DNA of 27,718 nt from UHGV virus genome UHGV-0268347; one strand, given 5' to 3'. The translations under genes were made by a program, and so were the position numbers. Under the pieces are notes generated by a model. The model saw nothing but the letters and a program-made list of their open reading frames with translations, made no database searches and was not told the DNA's origin. This DNA comes from a virus. Position 1 is the first letter of the stretch. Each line of letters begins with the position of its first letter. This document shows positions 1-7,713 of this stretch, piece after piece.

Positions 1-141
1 ATGCGGGCAACGGTGTTTAATTATATCGAATGTGATTACAATCGGTGGCGGCGGCACAGTTGGTGTGGCGGCCTCAGTCCGGAACAATTTGAAAACCAGA
101 ACCTCGCTTAAGCCTGTGTCCATATTACGTGGGTAGGATCA
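1..141 (+). mobile_element. insF: IS3 right end: 3' end of transposase orfB (InsF) plus terminal inverted repeat, cut by the window edge
   Basis: Translation of 1..111 is [36 protein letters not shown], which I recognise as the C-terminus of IS3 InsF; ...cacgtgggtaggatca ending at 141 matches the IS3 terminal repeat as I recall it. No search run. Confidence 0.8.
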
Positions 142-181
142 ATAATCGTATCTGTTGTAGCCACAGTCACGTCACATATAA

Positions 182-420
182 GAACTTGCTGGCCTAAGAA
201 GAATGCGCGCTGATTTTGAAGATAAAATCAGCGTTACAACGCCCGAAAGACCCGGGCTAAAAAATTTCTCAGGACATTATCGGCAGGTGACACTCTGGTG
301 GTCTGGAAACTGGATCGACTGAGGCGCAGTATGCGGCATCTTGTCGTGCTGGTGGAGGAACTGCGCGAAAGAGGCATCAACTTTTGCAATCTGACGGATT
401 CAATTGATACACAGTATCTT
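182..420 (+). pseudogene. Serine recombinase (Pin/Gin/Hin-type DNA invertase) remnant, N- and C-terminally truncated with an internal frameshift
   Basis: One frame gives ...FEDKISVTTPERPGLK, the next gives KFLRTLSAGDTLVVWKLDRLRRSMRHLVVLVEELRERGINFCNLTDSIDT; together these resemble residues about 30-95 of Pin-family invertases. The frame switches near the A-run at 255-262. The catalytic-serine N-terminus is absent and the sequence diverges after SIDT. Confidence 0.6.
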
Positions 421-545
421 GTTAACACCAACACATGGCTGCAGGAGGGATATTATCGGTACCCGATTTCAGGATACAGCGCCTGATTAGACTAAAGAGG
501 GGCTATATTGTAGAGTTTGCTAAATTTTTTTATAGGGTTAAGCAA

Positions 546-1616
546 ATGACAGTCAGGAACTACACTAATTTAAATTTAGATCGGACAACTATTGAGGCTA
601 CGTCTAGGGCATTTATTGAAAATAAAAACTATTCCGTCCATTCAATTGGACCAATGCCTGGTGCAAGAGCAGGACTTCGGGTTGTGTTTGCTAAACCAGG
701 AGAAGCTTTGGCAACTGTTAACATTTTCTATAATAACGGAGGGACGTCTACAGTCCAGTATCAAACAGGAGCTAATCATAATCTTGGAAAAGAGTTGGCT
801 GATGATCTCTATGAAACCATCAATCCTGCAGAATTTGAACAGGTAAATATGGTGTTACAAGGGTTCGTTGAAGCGAACGTTTTATCTGTACTTCAGCTCT
901 CAGCAGAGCAGCCACATATACAATTTTACGAATACTTACGGAACACTCATACAACGGTGTGGAAAATTCATTCGCCAGAATTTCAGGATGAGTTGACAGT
1001 TAGTCTGCATCACAGAAATGGAACACTACAAATACAAGGGCGTCCATTGTCATGTTATAGAGTGTTTATATTCAACTTGTCAGAGCTACTCGATTTACAA
1101 GGACTGGAAAAAGTTCTCATTCGTCAGGACGATGGCAAAGCGTATATAGTTCAGAAAGAAGTTGCTCGCTCACATCTAGAGTGTGAAATGGGGGATGCGT
1201 ACCCACTATTGCATAAGAATGTTGAAAAATTGCTCGTTTCTGGGCTGTGTGTTAAACTCGCCGCCCCCGATTTACCCGATTACTGTATGTTGTTGTATCC
1301 TGAATTACGTTCAGTTGAGGGAGTACTTAAATCAACAATGTACCGATATGGCATGCCAATCACGCAGGATGGTTTCGGGCGTTATTTTGATAAAATTGGG
1401 AGTGAATTTATTCTGAAACAACAATTTGGATGCAATTTATCGTCAGCTAAGGTTAAGACCATTAATGATGCCTATACTTTCTTTAACAGAGAACGTCATG
1501 GCCTGTTTCATATGGAGATAGTTGTCGACACAAGCCGTATGGTTTCTGACATGGCACGACTGATGACTAAGGCCAGACAGGCATGGGGAATTATTAAGGA
1601 TTTGTATATTGTTTGA
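546..1616 (+). CDS. rnlA: RNase LS toxin RnlA
   Basis: 356-aa product from ATG 546 (MTVRNYTNLNLDRTTIEA...GLCVKLAAPDLPDYCMLLYPELR...AWGIIKDLYIV); length and sequence closely resemble E. coli RnlA as I recall it. The ORF track's 435 start is an upstream in-frame extension. Confidence 0.8.
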   Translation: MTVRNYTNLNLDRTTIEATSRAFIENKNYSVHSIGPMPGARAGLRVVFAKPGEALATVNIFYNNGGTSTVQYQTGANHNLGKELADDLYETINPAEFEQVNMVLQGFVEANVLSVLQLSAEQPHIQFYEYLRNTHTTVWKIHSPEFQDELTVSLHHRNGTLQIQGRPLSCYRVFIFNLSELLDLQGLEKVLIRQDDGKAYIVQKEVARSHLECEMGDAYPLLHKNVEKLLVSGLCVKLAAPDLPDYCMLLYPELRSVEGVLKSTMYRYGMPITQDGFGRYFDKIGSEFILKQQFGCNLSSAKVKTINDAYTFFNRERHGLFHMEIVVDTSRMVSDMARLMTKARQAWGIIKDLYIV

Positions 1617-1971
1617 AATAACAGGTGTTAACGTCTCAGGGGCTCTCATTGCCGTCGTTATGGCGACTGGCTACGAGAACCCCTTGACTTCAGTTCACGA
1701 AATCGAGAAGAGGCTTTCTGTTATACTGGGCAATTCACAGGCTACAGGTGAGGTTTTGTTTGACCTTTTGTGTTCTAATGGTCCAGAGTGGAATCGCTTT
1801 GTTTCGCTGGAAATAAGGTGTGGCAGTATTTTGCTGGATACTGCCAAAATTGTGGATGAGCAAGAAATTCCAGCGCAGATCTTGAGACATCAGAGAGATG
1901 TATTACGTAACCACCCTGAGTACGTAGAAGACTCTGTGTTAACACCAGATGATGTTCTTTGTATTCTCTAG
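1609..1971 (+). CDS. rnlB: RnlB antitoxin
   Basis: 120-aa product MFEITGVNVSGALIAVVMATGYENPL...NHPEYVEDSVLTPDDV, resembling RnlB; overlaps the rnlA stop by 8 nt (operon arrangement); apparent TTG start. Confidence 0.75.
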   Translation: MFEITGVNVSGALIAVVMATGYENPLTSVHEIEKRLSVILGNSQATGEVLFDLLCSNGPEWNRFVSLEIRCGSILLDTAKIVDEQEIPAQILRHQRDVLRNHPEYVEDSVLTPDDVLCIL

Positions 1972-2108
1972 CTAAGAAATTTTGCACGAGAGGATTTTAA
2001 CCTCCTCCCCGACAGACATGACAGTGCCCAAATGTCTTAAGAACGTATGTACTTGAAATGGACATTGCTAATACCACTGGGTATTGATTAATTTGGGGCT
2101 GGTAAGCA

Positions 2109-2378
2109 TTACAAACCAATAATCTGGAATAGCGCGGTTGCTGCTGCAGACAATGCTGCAAATGAATTGTACTTAGATTGAAGCCGCGCAGTGGCGAAGA
2201 AATCATGGAGATTCACGTTAAGTTCGGGATCTTCATACGTAACCATGACAATTTTTTTGCCTAACTCAACTTTTGCTGTAGCAGATTTAATCCATAAAAT
2301 TGCAGATAAGACGCCAAAAGTTAATGACATCACATGATGATCTTTAATCCAACACATCACAAAAAGTAGATTTTCCAT
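2109..2378 (-). CDS. Hypothetical small hydrophobic protein (89 aa)
   Basis: ORF with a strong RBS (aggaaggtga) 4 nt upstream of ATG on the minus strand; no family recognised; could be a gene fragment. Confidence 0.25.
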   Translation of the reverse strand: MENLLFVMCWIKDHHVMSLTFGVLSAILWIKSATAKVELGKKIVMVTYEDPELNVNLHDFFATARLQSKYNSFAALSAAATALFQIIGL

Positions 2379-2521
2379 TAATCACCTTCCTGATAAAGAA
2401 CAGTGGCATTACAAATAAACAAGAAATCTCCTGTCGCAGGTACCTTGTCAATTTAACACCCACATCAATAAAGGCTGTTGTTCCGTTTGTGGCAGCTGAT
2501 GTATAGACATTTTTGCAGATG

Positions 2522-2548
2522 AAACGAAAAAGCCCGCAGATGCGGGCT
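2522..2548 (-). terminator. Rho-independent terminator (minus strand)
   Basis: Stem agcccgca/tgcgggct with 2-nt loop at 2531-2548, followed on the minus strand by a T-run (plus-strand gaaacgaaaaa). Confidence 0.6.
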
Positions 2549-2678
2549 TTCATGTCACTTGGGAGCCGCGGCTCCTTTGCGTATCCTTTTTTGTATCCTC
2601 ACCGTCTGGTCGGTGTCCTGCTGAGACTGCTAACTTCCTGTTTTTATTGGTGTTGTCCTTACACCGTCCAATCATGAT

Positions 2679-2723
2679 TGGTGGAGCTGGCGGGAGTTGA
2701 ACCCGCGTCCGAAATTCCTACAT
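2679..2723 (-). other. ssrA: Prophage attachment-site core: 45-nt duplicate of the 3' end of tmRNA gene ssrA
   Basis: Reverse complement reads ATGTAGGAATTTCGGACGCGGGTTCAACTCCCGCCAGCTCCACCA, identical to the ssrA 3' end as I recall it; the match stops abruptly at 2724, so this is a partial att copy, not the gene. Confidence 0.8.
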
Positions 2724-2808
2724 ACCATTTTCACTATAGCAAAAACATTAACTTGCGTTTAAAATCAGCAAGTTAGTATTATCTTGTGTTTGTCCGTTTT
2801 ACTCATTT

Positions 2809-3855
2809 TTAATGCTCTGTCGCCAATCTGTCGCCATTGTAGGTCAACGAAGGTTGAGCCTTCCCTTTGTTTGTTACAATTTCATCAAAGATAGCTGGAT
2901 TATTATCTTTCAGTAATCTTGCTAGTATAATGATTTGCCCAGACGAGCCATCATCCTTGAATGAAAGGAAATTATCGGTAATATCAAGAATATCAATGGT
3001 AAATTTGAAGTAGGTTTCAATTGTATCGCCAAGTTCAATGCTGGACATGAAGTTAGTAATCATTTCATATCCATCAAAGTATAAAGTTGCATGTTCATTT
3101 AACTCCATGGGAGTTAGGCAAAGCATTCGATTAAGTTCGGATAAGTGTTTTTCTATTGAATGAAGAGATTGCATTTGACGGATTAAAACTTCGTCAAACT
3201 GAGAGCCACGATTAGATGAATTTATCTTCTCTAGGTTTTTTAGTATATCAACCCAGTGATTATTTACTTCACGTATGTATTCTTTATCTGTATTTTTAGG
3301 CCGTCCCTTCTCTGGTGAGCTATTTATGAAAATATATCTATATAGATGTATTGGGTAGTTAATTTTATAACTTATCTCTTTAGTACCATAATGACGTTCG
3401 CGTTTAATGGTTTTGTTAGGTAAATTGGTGAAATAATCAGTAACGAACTTTAGATGGCTATAGTAGCTATCAGATAGATTCTTTTGCTTGGTTTCCTCAA
3501 TTTGTCGGTTTGTTTGAACTGTGCGGTGTATGTTTGCTACGACAGCAACAAATGGTATGGACAAAGAAAGTAAGGCGATAGGAAGCTTGCTAATTGCAAT
3601 GAAATTATTAAAGCCCTCACTATCAAATTGAGGGGAATGTCCAAGCCAGGAAAATATACCAAAGTATATCGCTGAAAATACAGGAATCCTAAGTGATTGT
3701 TTAAATAAGTATTGACTTGTTAATGGCCTTTCATCCATGTTAAAGCCTTTTTTTGATACGCATAGATATAATTCAAGGCATATATATATAAAATATATTA
3801 TGATAAGTAAGTACGATATCCATGGGTATTGTTGGATATAGTTATTAACAAGCAC
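2809..3855 (-). CDS. Hypothetical multi-pass membrane protein (348 aa), AT-rich integrase-adjacent moron
   Basis: ORF between int and att; N-terminus has about three hydrophobic helices (WISYLLIIIYFIYICLELYL, IPVFSAIYFGIFSWLG, LPIALLSLSIPFVAVVANI), then a roughly 230-aa soluble domain; visibly AT-rich. GTG start at 3855 overlaps the int stop, preceded by GGAG; the next in-frame Met is residue 40. Confidence 0.55.
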   Translation of the reverse strand: MLVNNYIQQYPWISYLLIIIYFIYICLELYLCVSKKGFNMDERPLTSQYLFKQSLRIPVFSAIYFGIFSWLGHSPQFDSEGFNNFIAISKLPIALLSLSIPFVAVVANIHRTVQTNRQIEETKQKNLSDSYYSHLKFVTDYFTNLPNKTIKRERHYGTKEISYKINYPIHLYRYIFINSSPEKGRPKNTDKEYIREVNNHWVDILKNLEKINSSNRGSQFDEVLIRQMQSLHSIEKHLSELNRMLCLTPMELNEHATLYFDGYEMITNFMSSIELGDTIETYFKFTIDILDITDNFLSFKDDGSSGQIIILARLLKDNNPAIFDEIVTNKGKAQPSLTYNGDRLATEH

Positions 3856-4885
3856 TTTCTAATTTTCTCCATCCAAGGTTAGCAAGAGGATTTTTGGTTA
3901 CAGCATCTTCCAGATGGTCGGGAGCGAAGTGGGCGTAAATCATTGTCATTTTTATATCGACATGGCCCAGAATATCGCGCAGCACCAGTATGTTTCCGCC
4001 ATTCATCATAAAGTGACTTGCAAATGTATGTCGTAATACGTGTGTGCATTGCCCTTCTGGTAGCTCGATACCAGCTCGTTTAACCGCACGTTCAAAAGCT
4101 TTCCTACAAGGTGTAAATAATTTTCCCCTATTCTTAGGCAGTTCTTCATATAAATCCTTTGAAATAGGCACTGTTCGGTTTTTCTTTCCTTTAGTCTTGG
4201 TATAAGTGATACGGTATTTTGATACCTGATGACTCTGTAAGTTTTCGGCTTCGCTCCAGCGTGCGCCGGTGGCCAAGCATATTTTTGCAATCATCAGCAG
4301 ACTGGGGCTTTGAGAATCAGCACAGGCATCCAGCAGACGTTTAATTTCTTCCGGGGTCAGGAACGCCAATTCACCCTCAGCAATTTTAAATGTTGGCAGC
4401 CCAGCAAGCGGGTTGGGGGCTGACCAGTGGCCCAGCTTTTTCAGTGTACCAAAAACAGATGATAGGTTGCGCTGTTCAAGATTTACCGTGCGGGGCTTAA
4501 CGGGCGACATAAGCGTGCCATCTTCATTTCGTACTTCACCTTTTAACCGTGCTTCGCGGTATTTCGTAAACTCACCAGCTGTCAGTTCTGAGGCGATGGG
4601 ATCGCCTAGACCATTACAGATAATTCTAAGTTTCGCCATGAGGCGCTTGGGGTCTGCGAGTGTTTGACCATACAGGGAATACCACAGCTCAATTAATTCT
4701 GATAGATGTCGCCGATCTTCCTTTTCCCCTAGCCATGGTTTTTTGTTCACTTCTTCCATTGTGAAGCTTTCAAACGCAATGGCTTCGCCTTTGGTAGCAA
4801 ATTGCTTACGCACGCGCTTACCATTGCGTCCATTGGGATAGCACTCACACAACCATTTTCCGTTCGGCTGTTTTCTGATGGTCAT
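3845..4885 (-). CDS. int: Tyrosine integrase (P2/186-type)
   Basis: 346 aa; C-terminal catalytic region with HVLRHTFASHF and MIYAHF (R..H-x-x-R..Y pattern); positioned next to att and the repressor as in P2/186. Confidence 0.93.
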   Translation of the reverse strand: MTIRKQPNGKWLCECYPNGRNGKRVRKQFATKGEAIAFESFTMEEVNKKPWLGEKEDRRHLSELIELWYSLYGQTLADPKRLMAKLRIICNGLGDPIASELTAGEFTKYREARLKGEVRNEDGTLMSPVKPRTVNLEQRNLSSVFGTLKKLGHWSAPNPLAGLPTFKIAEGELAFLTPEEIKRLLDACADSQSPSLLMIAKICLATGARWSEAENLQSHQVSKYRITYTKTKGKKNRTVPISKDLYEELPKNRGKLFTPCRKAFERAVKRAGIELPEGQCTHVLRHTFASHFMMNGGNILVLRDILGHVDIKMTMIYAHFAPDHLEDAVTKNPLANLGWRKLESAC

Positions 4886-4888
4886 AAG

Positions 4889-5527
4889 TTAGAGGTTCTT
4901 GATTACTTTGACTGCACGTCCTACGACTTCCACATCATCTACAGAACATTCAAATGAAGTGTCATCTTGGTTAACTACTATTTTGTTTCCGGGTATGCGC
5001 GCAATTTTGACGATGCTTTTAACTCCGTCCATATCGACTAACCAGAAGCCATTACTGACTTGTTTAACAGACGTATCCACTACAAAGCTATCATTAGCTG
5101 TTTTAACAAATAAAGCGTTGGATGAGTCACCATCGAGCAGGCTGCTATCAAGAAGAATTTCATCACTTGGCTGCAGTTCGCCGTTCTTCAGTTCAACACG
5201 TTTGATGCTAGGAGCAACGATCTTAGAAAGTGGTCTTACAGTGACGGAAGGTTCATTTTTGAGATTTATTTCTTCGTTCTCACACGCATACATATCTCCT
5301 TGACCAGTAGCCAGCCATAGAAGGGAAGCTCCTGTTTCAAGGGCACATTGGATTACCCATTCGGCAGGAAAGCTATCCCTTAAGTATCTGTTAGCCATAG
5401 TGCTTTTTGATACTTCCAGATGTTCGCAGAGCTGCTGTCGTGAGCTGAAGTTGTAAGCCTTAATAAGCCTATTAATCGCATCGCGCCCACCACTATCATT
5501 CCCCGCCTTGATTAAACTCATAATCAA
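4889..5527 (-). CDS. cI: CI-type lysogeny repressor
   Basis: 212 aa, divergent or convergent with the apl-cII operon and immediately upstream of int; N-terminal region resembles the phage CI-repressor HTH domain (186-like). Confidence 0.75.
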   Translation of the reverse strand: MIMSLIKAGNDSGGRDAINRLIKAYNFSSRQQLCEHLEVSKSTMANRYLRDSFPAEWVIQCALETGASLLWLATGQGDMYACENEEINLKNEPSVTVRPLSKIVAPSIKRVELKNGELQPSDEILLDSSLLDGDSSNALFVKTANDSFVVDTSVKQVSNGFWLVDMDGVKSIVKIARIPGNKIVVNQDDTSFECSVDDVEVVGRAVKVIKNL

Positions 5528-5532
5528 ACCTC

Positions 5533-5561
5533 TTGACGTATATAAAAAGTGATCTTAATAT
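5533..5561 (+). promoter_or_regulatory. Sigma-70 promoter, probably the lytic pR driving apl-cII
   Basis: TTGACG (5533-5538), 17-bp spacer, TAATAT (5556-5561), pointing rightward about 75 bp upstream of apl. Confidence 0.6.
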
Positions 5562-5637
5562 CCATTCATGGTTTGAAAAGCAAAACCAAACCACATAAAA
5601 CAAGATAAAACGAAACCAAACTAAGAGATACTGCACT

Positions 5638-5880
5638 ATGAGTACTGATATTTCAATTCGTGTACCAAAAGAGATGGCAACGCCTGCTGAGTTCGCGGAA
5701 TGGGAAGGTATCTCCCGCGGCTCCGTGTATCAAAAAATTCACCATGGTCAGCTTGCTAAATACATGGTCAAGAAAGAAAAAAACAAAGGCCGCGTAAGCC
5801 TGCGTTATTTAATGTACAAAACAGATCAGGTCCGTGAATCCCTCGGTCATTCCAACTTCCGCGTCATTGTTGGTAAGTAA
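5638..5880 (+). CDS. apl: Apl/Cox-like excisionase and switch regulator
   Basis: 80-aa first gene of the rightward operon opposite cI, with an HTH-like segment (ATPAEFAEWEGISRGSVYQKIHHGQL); position equivalent to 186 apl / P2 cox. Confidence 0.6.
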   Translation: MSTDISIRVPKEMATPAEFAEWEGISRGSVYQKIHHGQLAKYMVKKEKNKGRVSLRYLMYKTDQVRESLGHSNFRVIVGK

Positions 5881-5912
5881 GTTCAATTATGAGAACTTTC
5901 TAAGGGGGTAGC

Positions 5913-6422
5913 ATGTTTGATTATAAGATTTCCAAACACCCGCATTTTGATGAAGCCTGTAGAGCTTTTGCACTTCGTCATAATATGGCGAAGCTGGCAG
6001 AACGTGCAGGAATGAATGTCCAGACTCTGCGAAACAAACTCAACCCAGATCAACCGCATCAGCTCAATGCGCCAGAAATCTGGCTGCTTACCGATCTGAC
6101 TGAAGATTCAACGCTGATAGATGGTTTTCTGGCACAGATTCACTGCCTGCCATGTGTACCGATTAATGAGGTAGCAAAAGAGAAACTGCCGCATTACGTC
6201 ATGAGTGCAACCGCAGAGATCGGGCGTATTGCTGCAGGTGCGGTATCTGGCAATGTAAAAACCAGTGCAGGTCGTCGTGATGCTATCAGCAGCATTAACT
6301 CTGTAACACGACTGATGGCGCTGGCTGCTGTTTCATTGCAGGCCCGTTTACAGGCTAACCCGGCGATGGCGAGTGCAGTTGATACCATGACTGGCCTTGG
6401 TGCTTCATTCGGTTTGCTGTGA
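5913..6422 (+). CDS. cII: CII-type lysogeny-establishment regulator (186 CII-like)
   Basis: 169 aa, MFDYKISKHPHFDEACRAFALRHNMAKLAERAGMNVQTLRNKLNP...; close resemblance to phage 186 CII as I recall it; good RBS (aaggggg). Confidence 0.85.
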   Translation: MFDYKISKHPHFDEACRAFALRHNMAKLAERAGMNVQTLRNKLNPDQPHQLNAPEIWLLTDLTEDSTLIDGFLAQIHCLPCVPINEVAKEKLPHYVMSATAEIGRIAAGAVSGNVKTSAGRRDAISSINSVTRLMALAAVSLQARLQANPAMASAVDTMTGLGASFGLL

Positions 6423-6429
6423 GGTGTTT

Positions 6430-6726
6430 ATGCTGACGAAAGAACCATCATTTGCATCGCTGCTGGTAAAACAAAGCCCGGCAATGCACTACGGTCACGG
6501 CTGGATCACGGGTGAGGATGGAAAACGCTGGCATCCATGTCATTCACAAGATGAATTGCTGTCTGAATTGACCACGAGGAAACGGAGAAAGTCCAAATGT
6601 ATGTGGCAGAAAGTGAAGTGGTTTATCAGTTTCGTTACAGAGGGGAGAGTTATTCAGTACCTGAAGATGATTTGCTCTGTTGCTATCCGTCATTGTCGGG
6701 CGATGGCAGTTACTTTTTCACGTTAA
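6430..6726 (+). CDS. Fil-like small protein (3' end uncertain)
   Basis: MLTKEPSFASLLVKQSPAMHYGHGWITGEDGKRWHPCHSQDELL...; occupies the position of 186 fil after cII. Its 3' part overlaps the next ORF in another frame, so the true stop is uncertain. Confidence 0.4.
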   Translation: MLTKEPSFASLLVKQSPAMHYGHGWITGEDGKRWHPCHSQDELLSELTTRKRRKSKCMWQKVKWFISFVTEGRVIQYLKMICSVAIRHCRAMAVTFSR

Positions 6727-6821
6727 AGGATGGGACGTTTTTACGGGGAGAGCAGGTTAAAGAGACGATACGAAAAAATGTATCTCCTCTTGAGCGTTAC
6801 CGTAAGAACAAAAAACGATAG
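6597..6821 (+). CDS. Hypothetical phage early protein (74 aa)
   Basis: ATG preceded by RBS ggagaaag; overlaps the 3' end of the Fil-like ORF in a different frame. Confidence 0.45.
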   Translation: MYVAESEVVYQFRYRGESYSVPEDDLLCCYPSLSGDGSYFFTLKDGTFLRGEQVKETIRKNVSPLERYRKNKKR

Positions 6822-6843
6822 CTGCGTTTGGGGGATATGAAGT

Positions 6844-7185
6844 ATGGCAATTAATGGCGCTGCAGCAACTGTTCCATTAAGCCCCGGTGAACGCCTGAAT
6901 GGACTTAATCACATTGCGGAGTTAAGGGCGAAAGTTTTTGGCCTGAATATTGAGTCAGAGCTTGAGCGGTTTATTAAAGATATGCGTGATCCACGGGATA
7001 TCAATAATGAACAAAATAAACGGGCACTGGCTGCCATATTCTTTATGGCAAAAATTCCAGCTGAACGTCATAGCATCAGCATTAATGAGCTGACCACTGA
7101 CGAAAAGCGGGAGCTGATTAAAGCAATGAATCATTTTCGTGCAGTGGTGAGCTTATTTCCCAGACGGCTAACCATGCCGAATTAA
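6844..7185 (+). CDS. Hypothetical phage early protein (113 aa)
   Basis: ORF in the early rightward operon; no family recognised. Confidence 0.5.
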   Translation: MAINGAAATVPLSPGERLNGLNHIAELRAKVFGLNIESELERFIKDMRDPRDINNEQNKRALAAIFFMAKIPAERHSISINELTTDEKRELIKAMNHFRAVVSLFPRRLTMPN

Positions 7186-7252
7186 CCAACTAATGAAATT
7201 AATGGCGTAAACCCGCCGGGCATCCCTTTATCTAAATCCAGGAGAATTGATT

Positions 7253-7486
7253 ATGCGTAATATTGAAACCATCACGACTAAAACCGGACCGGATAATGCA
7301 GGGCTTAATATTTTACTGACAGAGGCTCGTCTGGAAGAACGCCGGGCAAGGGCTGAAGCAATGGCAGCTCGCCTTGATAGCCTGGCGTGTCATATCACAT
7401 CCCGCCAACTAAACCACGTCGAAGCGGCAGAACTGCTGCGTGTGACTGCTGAAGCAATCCAGAACGAAGCGCAGGAGATCCACTGA
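7253..7486 (+). CDS. Hypothetical phage early protein (77 aa)
   Basis: ATG at 7253 preceded by AGGAGA; its stop overlaps the next start (ATGA-type overlap). Confidence 0.5.
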   Translation: MRNIETITTKTGPDNAGLNILLTEARLEERRARAEAMAARLDSLACHITSRQLNHVEAAELLRVTAEAIQNEAQEIH

Positions 7487-7713
7487 TGGCTGATGCAATG
7501 GATCTCGTACAGCAGCGAGTTGAAGAAGAACGCCAACGTCATATCCGTGCTGCCCGTGCCAAAACGCCGGGCGTGTCCCGCGTGCTTTGCGTTGAGTGTG
7601 AAGCGCCAATTCCGCCAGCACGCCGCCGTGCCATTCCGGGTGTGCAGCTTTGCATTACCTGTCAGGAAATCGCAGAGCTGAAAGGCAAACATTACAACGG
7701 AGGTGCTGTATGA
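7486..7713 (+). CDS. TraR/DksA-type C4 zinc-finger protein
   Basis: 75 aa with CVECEAPIPPARRRAIPGVQLCITCQ (four Cys in C-x2-C...C-x2-C arrangement), as in the small zinc-finger ORFs of P2/186 early regions. Confidence 0.6.
   Translation: MADAMDLVQQRVEEERQRHIRAARAKTPGVSRVLCVECEAPIPPARRRAIPGVQLCITCQEIAELKGKHYNGGAV

Noticed and set aside
435-545. N-terminal extension of the rnlA ORF (ORF-track start at 435)
   Set aside because: The extension overlaps the invertase remnant and is not part of the RnlA-like sequence; ATG 546 gives the expected length of about 357 aa.
2679-3045. Possibility of a complete tmRNA (ssrA) gene on the minus strand
   Set aside because: Only the terminal 45 nt match ssrA; sequence beyond 2724 is unrelated AT-rich DNA belonging to the moron ORF.
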